A stretch of DNA of 64,000 nt from Batkoa obscura (lineage: Eukaryota): assembly GCA_030770535.1 (NCBI GenBank), contig JASVEC010000017.1, forward strand, positions 186,001 to 250,000, given 5' to 3'. Each line of letters begins with the position of its first letter. Position 1 is the first letter of the stretch. Below the pieces are notes generated by a model. It did no database searches and had not been told where the DNA came from. It saw nothing but the letters and a program-made list of their open reading frames with translations. Below are positions 42,280 through 55,395 of the stretch, piece by piece. A program made the translations under genes and the position numbers.

Positions 42280-43230
42280 TGATGTTCATAAATTAAATGC
42301 TGCTGAACAATTATGAGTTTATTGCTTATATAACAATATTTTATTAAATATTCAAATTATGCAGGAAAGTTCCCATTTAAATTATTTTAATAGTAGCTTT
42401 AAAAAGTAGCATAAACTACCCAAAATCCGTTCAACTTAAATTTTAATCTAATATGGTAATGAAAATAAATGCGCCAATTTTCAATCAAATCTTTCAAAAA
42501 AGCTTATGTATATGTCATAATGCCCTAGTCAATGTATAACCTTGTCTGTATTAAGTTTTACTTTGTTTTTAGCTATATTATAAATAAATAAAAACTAAAT
42601 TTAAAATCTGAAAATAATGTTTCAATATTAGAACTTTTAAAGTTTAAATGATAGACTTTTGTTTGTTTTAACCAATAAAATATTTACAAAATTTGAAAGT
42701 GTAGCTAACACAAAAGTAGATTGACTTAAGAAGCAACTGCAATTTTAAACATTAAAACAATCAATTTACCAATATTCAGTTTAGCCGTGTCGGAAAAAAA
42801 ATCGGCAATCTGAAAACTATCAAAAAAATCAAAAACTCAAACTTAAAGTAATAATAATATTATTATTATTAATATTAAGGGATAAGAGTAATATTAAATT
42901 TTAAAATGCCAACTATTATAATGGACTATAAACCATTGATAATTATCATAGAATAATAAATAACTAAAATTGACACATTAATGATCTTAGACTAAGTAAG
43001 GTTTAATACTTTATCAAATCATTCGGACCGAAATTGCATAATAAACTCATCATAAATCATGGGTCAACGTAATAAGAAAAATGATATTATATAGCTTAAA
43101 AATGATTGGTCGAAAACATCAATTTATACTGTCAACCATTACTTATGTGTGTCAAAAAATGCTATATAAATGAAAAGAGCCCTTAAATTTAATATTTATA
43201 TCTTTTATAAGAATCACTAACAACACCAAA

Positions 43231-43877
43231 ATGACTTTTGCTTTATCTCTTACCCCAGAACATGGTTATGTAAATTTAATTTTGTCTGTTTATTCATTTA
43301 ATAATATAATTATTAGGTATTATTAACTTCTGCTGCCGTCTCTGTTCAATGCTTCCTCAGTGCTGCTGCTGTATCAAGCTTAAGAAAGAAATTCAACGTT
43401 CCAGTAAGTTTAAACAATAATTGAAATAGACTTAATTTAACATTGACAAAAATAGTACCCAGATTCTGGTGATGGCAGACACGCTGCTAAATTAAGGTAA
43501 ATAATAACAACTAATAAGATAATAATATACTAAGTAATATAATAGTGATGAACAATGGGAACAATTCCACAATGCTCAAAGAGCTCATCATAATTATACT
43601 GAACAAGTAGGAATAACTCAATCTTTATTACTTGCCGCTGGTATTCTTCATCCTAAAGTAGCTACTGGACTTGGATTAGCTTATATTGTAAGTTTTGTAC
43701 CTTTTATATTTGTTTTATTAATACATAAAAAAGGCTGGACGTCAACTTTATTATCATGGTTATGTTAACCAAGGTCCAAGTGGTAGAATTTATGGTGTAT
43801 TACTTTTAGATGGTGGATTAATCGGTTTACTTGGCACCTTAGTCTATTCCGGTTTATCTTTAGCCGGTTTTATTTAA
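43231..43877 (+). CDS. MAPEG family protein (microsomal glutathione S-transferase 3-like), 4 introns; absent from the ORF track
   Basis: EHGY/VLLTS...LRKKFNVP/YPD...FHNAQRAHHNYTE...GRQLYYHGY. Confidence 0.9.
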
Positions 43878-44195
43878 TCTATTAATAGTCGTGTAATAAA
43901 CTTAAAATAGCATTAGCATATTATAACTTTTGAATGTAAAATATATCAAATAAAAGTAGTTTAATACTAAAGGTTCTTTATTAGTAAATTTACTAATATT
44001 TTGGTTTTTGACCTTAAGTATAAATATTATTAACATTTTAAAGAGAACATTTCCTATTTTTATTGTATAAAATTGATTACGTATATTACACTTAAAATTA
44101 TTATAAAAATAAGTATCTAATGAACATAACAAATACGGTGATGGGCATAGACTCGCTTTTGTCCAAATTGTATGGGATATCATTTTTTGTTCAAC

Positions 44196-44296
44196 ATTTG
44201 GTAATATTTTTTTTGTTTAAGACTTTTGCTAACAGTCTTTCCACTCAAATAACACTTAAAAGATGGAAAAAGTGAAGTCAAAAAAACACTCCATAT
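44196..44296 (-). mobile_element. Family-A MITE
   Basis: Same core sequence. Confidence 0.75.
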
Positions 44297-44616
44297 AGTT
44301 AAAAAAAATTTTTATGTATAAACAATGAACAAAACAATGAAACAATCAAAATTCTTATATTTAATGGATGTAATACTAATGTTTTGTTTATGATAACTAT
44401 GAAACTATAAAGACTTTAAATTTTGTGAAAACAAACATATAATTTCAAAATCAATTCTTTTATTTAAACTTTATATTATAAATTAAAAAATGTATATATA
44501 AGAAAAGGTATTGTGGAATACAATTTAATTCAAATTGAAGTGTTAATAAACAGAGGAGCTTAGTGAACTTGCTTTCAAAAATGGTAACCTAAACAAAGAG
44601 TACGAATAATAACAAA

Positions 44617-45639
44617 TTAATTGAATATGTTATTGCTATTATTATTATCATTATTATTATTTAGATTCATATGAGATAATGAAAAACGGGGTTGAGGTGG
44701 GGATGCTAATATTGATAATGGCTCATATTCCATTGGATTAATTAAATTTAATGAACTATTCTTGCTATTATTAGTTACGTTATTGTTATTACCAAACATA
44801 TTCAAACTTGGATTATACATATGAATAGAATCCAAAGAAGGGTCTAGTGGAGGCATAGAAAAAGAGTTTGGATATGGAGAATAAGGATTCATTGATAAGG
44901 CATTAGCATTAGAAGCAAACAATTCAGAAGGCGATTGATGTAAATAACAACATCTTTTACCATAAGGACAACTACCAGTTTCATAATAATTCTTACACAG
45001 TTGTGTTTTATACTTAGGATGTCGATTCACAGTTCTAAGATCGGCTACTCCGTGCGCAAATCGACATTTTTGATTATATCGACAATGACCTGTATTTAAA
45101 AAGGTAGTACACATTTCGGTTTTAAATAAAGTCACGCTTTTGTTTCTATTTTCATCATTTTGGCCTGATTCTGGGCTATTATTTTTTTTACCATTTTTAC
45201 CATTTTTATTATTTCCATTACTACTTTCATCATCGTCATCTAATCCAAGACGATCAAGTGAGTTGATTAAGTCTTCTTCAAAAGCAAGCATGTCTTTTGA
45301 CTTAAAATTGGAAGGTAGAGAGTCATAGCTAGGGTATATAGGTGGTGCTTGGTATTGATAATTGTTCAACTTATTATTAATACTACTATTAATATCATTG
45401 AATTCTTTATCCTTAGAATCGCTGCTTCCATTGCTTAATTTACTTTTAGGATTAAATAAGTCTAAAGAAGGAGTGCGAAAAAAAGAGGTAGGATCTAAAT
45501 TGGTATGAAACGGATCCCATTCATTTTTTTTGGGTAGTGAAGGGCCAGTAGAAGTACTAGATGAAAGTGATGGTTGGAAAACCTTTGTCTCCTTTTTTTC
45601 TTTTTCTATTTTACTTTGGGTTGTATTTGTTGTAAGCAT
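44617..45639 (-). CDS. Tandem CCCH zinc-finger mRNA-decay protein (TTP/Cth1/Zfs1 family)
   Basis: FKTEMC-x8-C-x5-C-x3-H and RHPKYKTQLC-x8-C-x5-C-x3-H. Confidence 0.92.
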   Translation of the reverse strand: MLTTNTTQSKIEKEKKETKVFQPSLSSSTSTGPSLPKKNEWDPFHTNLDPTSFFRTPSLDLFNPKSKLSNGSSDSKDKEFNDINSSINNKLNNYQYQAPPIYPSYDSLPSNFKSKDMLAFEEDLINSLDRLGLDDDDESSNGNNKNGKNGKKNNSPESGQNDENRNKSVTLFKTEMCTTFLNTGHCRYNQKCRFAHGVADLRTVNRHPKYKTQLCKNYYETGSCPYGKRCCYLHQSPSELFASNANALSMNPYSPYPNSFSMPPLDPSLDSIHMYNPSLNMFGNNNNVTNNSKNSSLNLINPMEYEPLSILASPPQPRFSLSHMNLNNNNDNNNSNNIFN

Positions 45640-46588
45640 GGTATTATTGATTTATTTATGTTATTCTATTATTTATATTAACAATTTGGTTATAAATAAA
45701 ATTCAACTAATAAAGAATATTAATCTATAAATAACTATATATATACGTAGAATAAATTAAAAAGGTATATATATATAAAAGATAAATAATCTAAAATGAA
45801 TAAATAAATAAATAATCTTCTATATCAAACTATTATCACGAGCAATAATAACTCAACGTTATATAAATAAAAAGATAATAAATAAATTCACTTAATTATA
45901 ATCTAACAAGCTAATAACTATAATAATAAAACTAGTTGGGTGTATTATTATTACAATTATTCGATCTCAAATCACTTAAAAACAAAACAAAACAAAACTT
46001 TAGTAGAAAATTTTTAATTTCAAATGAAAATTTTTTCAGTGTTCTTTTACCTAGTTTTTAATATTTTTTGACAAATTAAAATTTTTTATAATTATCATAT
46101 TACGAATACCACTTTAATTTTAAAATTCACTTATACTTTACCTAATAAAATTATATATTCTTATATAAAAGGACTTTAATTAGTAAAACTGGAATTGATG
46201 ATTTTTTCTCGGTAAATCATTGGTGAACAGCTTTAGCTAAACCTAAAAAAATTATACTAAAAAGATAGCAAAATAAAAAAAAACGGTTGACTTTAAATAA
46301 AATAAGTGAATATATGATTTTATATATTTTTAATTGAAACAAACTTAATTTATTTTTTTATCCCACACCACTATTTAAAATATTGTTTTTAATATGAAAC
46401 AATGTATACTAAAAAATTGCTTCGGATTAAATAAAAAAATGGGATTTCAAAATTTCAAAAATCATATCTTATTATTGGTTGAAGGCTAGCCAATTAAATT
46501 AGACTCATTTTGCATTTTATAATAGACAAAATAGGCTTTTTGTTAGTATTGGAAGTAAAAAAGTATATTTAAAAGGCAACATAGAAGG

Positions 46589-47965
46589 ATGGGGTCCAAA
46601 GGGAATAAAAAAAATAAAAAGGAAGAGAAGAAGGGAAATAAGAAGAGTAAGCTATTGAAGAAAATTGGTAAAAAACTGGACCAGATTTATGATGTAATTT
46701 GTAAGAATAGTAAGAACGGTGTTATTGAACTACATAAATTAGAGACTGGAGATGAAGCGTTAAGAACTATAATAGAAACTATGAAACAAAAATATGTTTT
46801 AAGCGATAGAAACAGTAATATAATAAAGAATGAAAGTTTGGAATTAGAAAATGAATCACTAGAGTTGACATTAGAGAAAATGAAGGGAAATAATAATGAT
46901 AGTAAAGGTAGTCAAGAAGATAACAAAAAGAAGGATATTAATCTAGAATCAGAAATAAACAAAAAGGAGGTAAATAATTATATGAGTGCTACAAATAATG
47001 AAGATACAATGGTGATCAAGAGCACGAAATTAGAGCAAGAAAACAATGAATTAAAACTAGCATTAAAAGCTAGTGAAGAAAAAAATAATAAAATAAAAAG
47101 CGGACTAAATTGTATAGTATGCTTAAATTATTATGAATTGCCACATAATTTAGAGTGTGGTCATGTATTTTGCTTTCACTGCATTAAAGATTGGTTTTTG
47201 AGTCAAATTCGAAATGAAGTGAATTTATTTTGCCCGTTGTGCCGTTGTAATATTCAAAAGGTCCCCAATTTTTGTTTTATTTTGTATGAACAGATAAATC
47301 ATCAACTGGAAAATAATTCCAATAATAATAGCCGGCAGCTGCTAGAGAAAGTTAAAACAAGTTATCAAATATATCAAAATAAAAAAGAGGATATTTGGCT
47401 AGATATCTTTCCTAAATGCGGTATACGTAGTACCATAAAAGATGATGATGATGACGTTGAAAGATGCACCAATTGTCATTGGGAAGTAGTCAAAGGCGTT
47501 TGCACAAATTGCAATAACGTTTATACTTTAGATGATATTGTACCTTCTAGTTCAGACTCCGATACCGAGTTATCAGACGATAATAATGATAATAATGACA
47601 ATAATATTAATACCAATAGTAAGAGAAATAATGATCTATTATTAAATTCCATTCTAAAAGATAATGATAATGATGGATTTTTAAGTAATAGTTCAGAAGG
47701 TGAAGGAGAGCTTTTGGGCTATGACAGTATGGACCAGAGTGATGCAGAGAAAGATTTAGAATTGGATACTGATGATGGGTCATTTATATGCAATGATGAT
47801 GAAGTACAATATGATACTGGAGCTGAGGATAATGAAGATGAAGATGTGGAAGTGGAAGAAATTGTATTTAATAGAAACAAAAGAAAGAATAAGGATAATA
47901 GTGAAGATGAAGTTATTATAAAGAGAAGTAAAAAGATAATTATTGATGATGATGAAGAGGAATAA
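46589..47965 (+). CDS. RING-finger E3 ligase, Psh1-like (coiled coil, C3HC4 RING, CxxC-CxxC, acidic tail)
   Basis: CIVC...CGHVFCFHC..W...CPLCR; DDDDVERCTNCHWEV..GVCTNC; D/E-rich C-terminus. Confidence 0.85.
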   Translation: MGSKGNKKNKKEEKKGNKKSKLLKKIGKKLDQIYDVICKNSKNGVIELHKLETGDEALRTIIETMKQKYVLSDRNSNIIKNESLELENESLELTLEKMKGNNNDSKGSQEDNKKKDINLESEINKKEVNNYMSATNNEDTMVIKSTKLEQENNELKLALKASEEKNNKIKSGLNCIVCLNYYELPHNLECGHVFCFHCIKDWFLSQIRNEVNLFCPLCRCNIQKVPNFCFILYEQINHQLENNSNNNSRQLLEKVKTSYQIYQNKKEDIWLDIFPKCGIRSTIKDDDDDVERCTNCHWEVVKGVCTNCNNVYTLDDIVPSSSDSDTELSDDNNDNNDNNINTNSKRNNDLLLNSILKDNDNDGFLSNSSEGEGELLGYDSMDQSDAEKDLELDTDDGSFICNDDEVQYDTGAEDNEDEDVEVEEIVFNRNKRKNKDNSEDEVIIKRSKKIIIDDDEEE

Positions 47966-48147
47966 ATGACCGACTACAATAAGCTGACTTACATTATTCT
48001 ACCCATATTACCTGTTTTATTTAATAAAATATCATTTATGTTTTAGTTTATTTTATTAGTCATAAACTATAGAATTATAAAAGCAAAATTAACTTAACAT
48101 TTTTATTATTTTACAAAAAGTAGAAGTCAGGACAATAAGTATGAGGA

Positions 48148-48894
48148 TTAAAAAAGATTCGATAATACATTAAAAACATCACTTCGGTCAAATAGAACAG
48201 AAACATCCCAAGGACAGTCGAAATTAAAGTTATTATTGATTTGAGGCACGTAACCTGTCCACTTAATTAGATCAATATAAAGCTTAGCGTCATAGTTAAT
48301 GGTCAACGGTTTTCTCTGATTTACGTCCGAATTACATGAACTCTTTAATATACTTGCGGTAGCTAAATTCTCTTCAGAAGTGTCTTTGGTGTTATAAAAT
48401 AGTGTAAATGGTAATGTAAAAGGTGTGGTGGTCATAGCATTAATTGAGACAGGCCTTAGTAAATAACCTTGACCGATGGGTGAGTTGTTCAATTTAGCAT
48501 CTATAGTTATATTTGATACTGCAATGTTAATATAATTTTGACTTTTAATATCCAAATTAAGTGCTAATGGTATAGAAACTATACCATTACTGCTATGAGA
48601 TATTTTATCAGTCAATGAAGAAGTGATAGAAGAACCATCTTGATAACTTAGTTGTTTAAACTCGAAAGAAGGTATTCTAGGGAATAAGAAAAAGATAGCA
48701 GCACCAATACCACCTAATAATATTAAAGTAGTTACACCACATAGTAAGGCTCCTTTTCTTGACAAACAACAACAGCAGCAAAATCTGACACAACAATTCC
48801 TTTTTTTCTGTGGTATTCCATTTTCATCAATACTCATTCTTTCTCTTCCACTATTTAATCCAATTCTACTCTCTCGATTGTCTGTATAATTCAT
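48148..48894 (-). CDS. LEA_2-domain type II membrane protein
   Basis: Cys-rich juxtamembrane stretch (CCVRFCCCCC), single TM ending FFLFPRIPSF, NLDIKSQNYINIAV. Confidence 0.75.
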   Translation of the reverse strand: MNYTDNRESRIGLNSGRERMSIDENGIPQKKRNCCVRFCCCCCLSRKGALLCGVTTLILLGGIGAAIFFLFPRIPSFEFKQLSYQDGSSITSSLTDKISHSSNGIVSIPLALNLDIKSQNYINIAVSNITIDAKLNNSPIGQGYLLRPVSINAMTTTPFTLPFTLFYNTKDTSEENLATASILKSSCNSDVNQRKPLTINYDAKLYIDLIKWTGYVPQINNNFNFDCPWDVSVLFDRSDVFNVLSNLF

Positions 48895-50041
48895 TTTATA
48901 AGATTTAATTTATTACAACAGTGGTTATATACGAATAAAGGTTTCCAAAATCAAAGAAGTTTAATCCAGTCAGGGAACAAATATAATTAAGAAAATAATA
49001 AAGTAGAACTTATTTATATAATTCAGTCATAATATTCTTTATTCTTTAGTCACTATATCATAAATTAATATTCTATTAATAACTTTGTTTGGCTATCATT
49101 GGCTCACTTTCTTTATTTTTATTTTCAAGCCTTAATGATGTCCGAATTTATTTACTTTGAAGCATTAAATGATATAAGTATTTCAATTGCCAATTAACCT
49201 TGCTTTTCTCTGACTTAATTGGCTTTTTATATTTGAATCATTACGGAAGATAGCTTTGTTATTTTATAAGGATTCATACTTCTCTTATTCTTTAATTTAT
49301 CCGTCCTTGTTATCATTTGTTGTTACTTTGTTGCTCCTTTTTTCTTGGCTACTATTTTTATAACCTCAAAGTGAAGCTTTGCTTGATTTAAATAGCAATT
49401 TCAAATTAAAAATAAAAAGCATTGTTGACCAAATGTATTAAAATAACTAAATTCTATACATATTTAAAAATTATGTTAAATGTTGTAACTTTTAATATAA
49501 GTTATGATATAACTATTGAACTTATATTATATTTAAAGTATCATTAATAATTCAAATTGTATACTTAATAATTCAAATTAAAGTATATAATAAATGATAC
49601 TAGTTTTATCTAATCATTTCAACCACAGTCCTAGTCTAAGATTGCTAACGGTTCCTTATCATTATTTCATTTTATTTTAAATATACACTAGACCCAAAAG
49701 ACTAAAGTGAGTTTATCAATAAGAAGTGTAAAATAGAGAAAGAGAAAGGTATTCTATAATAAAAAATCATTATATAAAATTCAGAGTTATCATATATATA
49801 AACTCAACTTTATTTAGTAATAGTTTTCTGAGCCGTTTAAGAGCACCTGTATAAAATTTTAAACCCAGTTTGATTTTTTTGTATATTTAGGCTTTATTTA
49901 TTAAAACTTCAAGTTCTAGGAAATATATGATAAAGGAGATTTAATTTAATTATATTTTATTAGAAATATTATATAAAAAAGAATTAAAATAAAATAAAAA
50001 AAAGGAAATATACAAAATACTAATTTAATATTAATTTTTTA

Positions 50042-50959
50042 TTAAACATTAATTAATTCAAAATCAGCATAATTAAATTTGGCTGATTTACCTAATACCA
50101 ATAACTGCTTTAATTGTTTATTATTGAATACAATGGAATCAATCTTAATAAATTTAGTATTAACTTTATTAATACTATTATTATTTAAATTGAGTTTATA
50201 AATGGTATTATCGTTGTTCAATACGAAATAAACTTCATTACTGTTGCAGTTGTGTAATAATTGTAATATTTTATTATTATCATCCTTAATATTAATACTT
50301 TTCTTAATATTATTAACAACATTTAAAGAATCGACTTCATTTTTTTGATCATTATAGTTTAACTTATAAATATAATAATAACCAGATGAGAAATAAATCT
50401 CCTTTTTGGAATCATTATAGACTAACCCTTTGATTTTACCTAAGTTGCTTCTTAATAGTTGACTCTTGTTATTACTTAATGAACATTGATATAGATTCCC
50501 ATTTTTCGTTGATAATAACAACTTATCTGTATTTTTAATGTGTACTAATCCGGTTAACAAGTTTTCTTTATTATTGTCTTCATTAATAGTACATAATTTG
50601 AAATTCTTATCACTTCTTTCTTCATTGATGGTCAATTCAGCTTTAAATAAAGATTTGCATGTTTGATCAAAATAAACCAGTTGATTTTTAATAATTAAGA
50701 AATGGGTCACATTAACAGGAGTTCGAGGCATAATAGGCATATTTTCTAAATAGCCACCTTGTACCTTTTGAAATGGCAAATAAGGATTCAATGAGTTGTA
50801 ACTTATTATCTCTTCCTTGTCTTCATACAATTGAGCCGCTACTTCGTTCATTGGAATCGATAGGTCATTGCTATTTAATTCTTTTATATCTTGAATCTTG
50901 CACTGCAATAATGATATAAAATAACTAAATACTAAACATAATAAAAATCCAAACTTCAT
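50042..50959 (-). CDS. Hypothetical secreted protein, beta-propeller-like
   Basis: Signal peptide from ATG at 50959 (MKFGFLLCLVFSYFISLLQC); repeated short-strand motifs (LVYFDQ, GLVYND..EIYFS, EVYFV). Confidence 0.7.
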   Translation of the reverse strand: MKFGFLLCLVFSYFISLLQCKIQDIKELNSNDLSIPMNEVAAQLYEDKEEIISYNSLNPYLPFQKVQGGYLENMPIMPRTPVNVTHFLIIKNQLVYFDQTCKSLFKAELTINEERSDKNFKLCTINEDNNKENLLTGLVHIKNTDKLLLSTKNGNLYQCSLSNNKSQLLRSNLGKIKGLVYNDSKKEIYFSSGYYYIYKLNYNDQKNEVDSLNVVNNIKKSINIKDDNNKILQLLHNCNSNEVYFVLNNDNTIYKLNLNNNSINKVNTKFIKIDSIVFNNKQLKQLLVLGKSAKFNYADFELINV

Positions 50960-52129
50960 TTTAATGTAACTGTTCAAAGTAATTATTAGTGATGTAATGG
51001 AATATAAAAATATTAAAAAATATAAAAGTGAAAAACTTTAAAGTTAAATTTTGATTATTTATATCTCAACTTCTTTTAGAATTTTTATTCACTAAATGTT
51101 GGATGAAATTAATTAGCTCATTCATTTTTTCATGGTTACTTGAGTCATTTGTTTTTTGTTTCTGTGTAAATATTTATAGGATTTCAAATGTAAAATTAAT
51201 AAGATATTGTTTAAAAATAACTCATTATTTAAAAATAGTAATTGAAGTAAAAATATAAAACATGTTATTAAATAACTGTTAATTTTTCTAAGTTTATTAG
51301 CTTATTGTATTTGTTTATTTTCTTGTAAAATTTGAATTTAAATTTTCAACTCAAATATCAAAATAATAATTAAGGCATCGTATATTATTCAGATATTAAA
51401 TTTATTCCTAAAAACTTGGGACTCTACCTTTTAAAATTTTATTAAAATTTAATTTAAAAACTGATATTTGAAATGATATCATATTAATGGTGTCAATACC
51501 AAGCTATAAAAATTTAAGCCCAACTAACTTGACAAGCAGTTTACTGACTAATTGAGCTCATAATTATTGGTTGACTGGTAATCAAATCATAACGATTATA
51601 TCTTAAAATAAACCAATTACCCATTTTCGTAAAAAAGCTATTGACATGATCAAAATAAATTCAAGGGTGTAAAAAAATTCAATCTCGAATTAAAATTGAT
51701 TTTGAAATGAAATCTGGTAAAAAGTATAAAGGGGACTAAAATTCGTTATTTGTTTATTACTTTAGATATCAACATTAACAGATAAGAATTGAATGAAGTG
51801 TATGAGAAACCATTTGCAAAAAGCAGGTACTTGATGGCTATTGAAAGTATAGAACATCCAGGCGTCCTGAAGTTGCTTTAGTGATACATTTTATGTTCTT
51901 TAAAACGCATACCAAAGAAAGCTTATTGCTTTTCAAGTAGTGTATTCTTTGGGATGCATCTAGTGGTTTTCATTTACTGATTTTGATGATAATTTGCTAT
52001 TTGAAACAAGTAAATGCTAAAATATCTAAATTTGATATAATCCCTTATACATCACATTAAACTGACTTGATACATTTGTTTTATTCAGTGTCTTTTTAAC
52101 TGATGTATATTTCGGTTTTCAGTGATTTG

Positions 52130-52236
52130 ATATGGGGATGTTTTTTTTGGTTTCATCACTTTTTCCGTCTTTTAAGCACTATTTGAGTGCAAAGACTGTT
52201 AGTAAGATTTTTAAACAAAAAAATACATCCCCATAT
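52130..52236 (+). mobile_element. Family-A MITE, best preserved copy
   Basis: ATAT|GGGGATGTTTTTTTTG ... CAAAAAAATACATCCCC|ATAT. Confidence 0.9.
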
Positions 52237-52340
52237 AGAGTTTAAAAGAATAAAATTAACTTTAAATTATAAAAAGCTTCATTTTGAATTTAACATTATT
52301 TTTGTTACTACCATCTTATATATGATTTTATGTAATATCA

Positions 52341-54975
52341 AATGCAGAAGAGATTCAAATCTTAACTGAGCAGATTTTACGAGGGGTCAAAGAGAGGACA
52401 AAACATTCCAGTTGTGAAATATTGCTTTATTAGCTCTCGAATTGATTATAACACAACAATCACTTAAGTTGTGTTCTCAAGTTCAAACACAATCAAATCA
52501 GAGTCCCTTATTTTGATTTGCTGCGAGAATTTCTAACTTAATATTGCAAACAATATTATCCTCTCGTTTTGATATCCATACTTGTTGGAGTATAAAAGAG
52601 ATTCTTCAACATGATGACTCGATGCTTTTTAATTGAATTACTCCCTGATAACGTATCATTAATAAAGTCACTAAGTCTTTCTGACAACATCTTATATAGG
52701 TTTTACGGTAGTATCTTCCATTGTATTTGTTTTACATAATTCGTAGCTTATTACGTACTATTTCTATTAAGTTAAGTCTATCTTAGTTACATAAACTAAG
52801 ACCCTTCGACTCAAGGCAAGTTAATTAAGCAAGAGTAGCTTTTAACTTCGACCACTGAGTATCAACTTTCACACAGTATAACTAAAACAAAAATTTATCA
52901 GCCCAGAAGAGTTGGTAGATTACAAGCTTTTAAAGCAAACTAAAATCTAAAACCCAACCAAAAAGAATAGAATGAATATAGATTGTAAGGTCCGTTACAT
53001 AGCTTGAAAAGAAGCCTATGTTGGGTTGGATAGGTAAGAAGATATAAACTAATAGTTTTTTTGTGTGATTAAAGATATTATTATTTTTTTTTGAAAATTT
53101 GAATAGAGTTTACAGGATGGATATAGCATAAAGTAGTATCTTTAAAGCTTAATAAAAAAATTATTGAGAATAAAATAAAAATTTTAAAAAGCTTAATATG
53201 AGTTTAAAAGCGCATTATAATTAATTTTGAATTAATACATTATAAGCTGGTCATGTTATTAATATTAAAACAACAGGGGGTTGAAAAAAATCTTTAACTT
53301 TTTAGCTAAAAATCAAAATTATATAGTATAGTTTATAAGCTTTATATCTAAACATTTTAATATAAAAATTTAAAATAAAAAGTACAATATGATAGCTCAA
53401 TATTAAATATATATACTAGAGAAATAAAAATTACTATTTCAATACTAAACTTTAATCATTTATTAAAAATCAGCTTAAATATTGATTCTGAAATCTTTAG
53501 TTTTTAAAACTAAATTTACATATCTATAATTAACAAGGTCTTTTTAAATAAAAAATGCATATAATAAAACTCTAAAAAATTGATATCATATAAAAAATAA
53601 GGGCTGATTATATATAGCGTACTTTGTTTAAAAAAATTATGTTAGGAAGTATTAAAATTATAACTTTTAATATAAAATTGGATTTTTATCCCCTTTTTTA
53701 TAATCTTTAATAACTTTATTATTTTATAATACTAAAAAAAACAAAAAAAAACGGGAGTAACATTTAAATACCATCAGTTTATTATTATTTTCTTATTTTT
53801 TTAAATTTTTGTTTATTATTATTTTTTTATAAGACCTTTAAGTTGTTATTTTAAATTAAAAATAGCCTGTATTCAAAATAATCCAAATTTTAGAAATGAG
53901 TGATTTAGCAACTCAAATAAAATAGCTAAAGATAAAGTTAAAGGATAAAAGCATTAGTTCAACTAGAAACTTATTGTATATTAATATCACCTCTTCCCTA
54001 GGATAAACCAGTTTTAGTAAATAAATAATGTTAATGAGTAAATATTGCAGCTTTAATCTTTTTATTTAAGTTTAAATGCTTGTATGGAAGAAATGTCAGA
54101 AAACAAAATTTGACCTAGAATTATCTATGAGCGTTGGGTAAAATGGAAATTTCAGTGGGCTAGGAGGTAATGCACATATTAAGTTTGGGATGTGATGCGA
54201 TGAAGTATTAAATTCTAGAAGTGCCAATTGATGTTCTATAGGATATCATACATTAACTAAAATTTGGGCTAAATCTATTAAGTTTGGAGAATAATATAAT
54301 TATTTATTATATTTTTTACTTAAGTTGAAAAAAGATACAGTAATGTAGAAGTAGTAGTAGATTTAATGTTATCATGACGTTGTACATAATATAAAATAGA
54401 ATATAACAAAATCCAGTTAACTATGATATTTAGTTTTTTAAGATTAGAAGAGGGAAATGGTGGTTTTGAAGTGATTAGAGGACTTTATGAAAGAACTATC
54501 GCCCAAGTGCCACTTGCGTTATAAAAAAGATTGTGGAAATGATATGTTTAAATTGGATTTAATGTATTTTTTTGGAAGAATATTTGACTTGGACTTTTTA
54601 AAGCTTATTCATATTTAATCCCACATAAAAGGTTTGCTTTTGTTGAATTTTGAATGTTGTATTTACTTTTTAGTTTGCCATGAAGACCTTGGGTAGAGTT
54701 ATTGATATATGTCTAAGACCTAAAGTATCTAAAAGCTATATTGAGTGAAAATGATGGTTAGAAAATCTGATTATGTGAGAACATTTTATATAGAGTTTTG
54801 GAACGAACTTAGCTTATGTTTCGCTTGAGTCAATGTAACAGAAGTATAATAAGGGTTGTTAGTTTTGAATTACTATGTAATTGTCTTTAAATTAATTCCT
54901 TCATCATCTAATCTAGAACATCTGAGGTGTTATGGGAGGTTTATATTGGTAAAGGTTTGGATTTGATTTTGTCTG
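52341..54975 (+). pseudogene. CLF1: CLF1/crooked-neck (CRNKL1) splicing-factor pseudogene interrupted by a solo LTR and AT-rich DNA
   Basis: Ordered remnants: EIQILTEQILRGVKER, EELVDYKLLK...KNRMNI...YIA*KE, LFPRINQF*, RIIYERWVKW, NPVNYDI*F, RLEE..GGFEVIRGLYERTIAQVP...KRLWK*Y, PHKRFAF, KTLGRVIDIC..KSYIE, VKVWI. Confidence 0.85.
52413..52873 (+). mobile_element. Solo LTR, copy C
   Basis: TGTGAAA...TTTCACA termini; 4-bp TSD CAGT at 52409-52412 and 52874-52877. Confidence 0.9.
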
Positions 54976-55203
54976 CAGCATAGGCTGCAAATATGGTAAA
55001 TTTACAGTTAGTCGCGTTTATTATGATGATAGCTAAATAGGAAAGTACTTATTATAGAAATTTAATATAGTACTTCAGACATTAGTAATAGAAGAATGGG
55101 TGAGGTCCATTTAATTTTGGTGATGTATTTTTTATTGTAGTATGCCAAACTAGTGCAAAAGTTCAATATTCTTATTTTTATTATAGCTATACCTTTGAGT
55201 CAA

Positions 55204-55395
55204 TTTACCGTATAAAATGTATAAAAGCTAAATGAATCACTAATTAAAATAAAAACCTGTTTTATTGTTATTAATTGAACCATGAAGTAATTATCCATAG
55301 CTAAAGTGCAAAACATCAAAAAACAATGAACCATAAAAATAGCCTATAAAAGGCTCAAGACACTATTAAACCCCACATTAAACACATAACTAAAG
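55204..55395 (+). promoter_or_regulatory. Conserved promoter/5'UTR block of the peptide genes (also ~58600-58791 and ~61486-61676)
   Basis: About 190 bp near-identical in three copies; TATA box within AGCCTATAAAAGGCT about 50 bp before the ATG. Confidence 0.75.
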
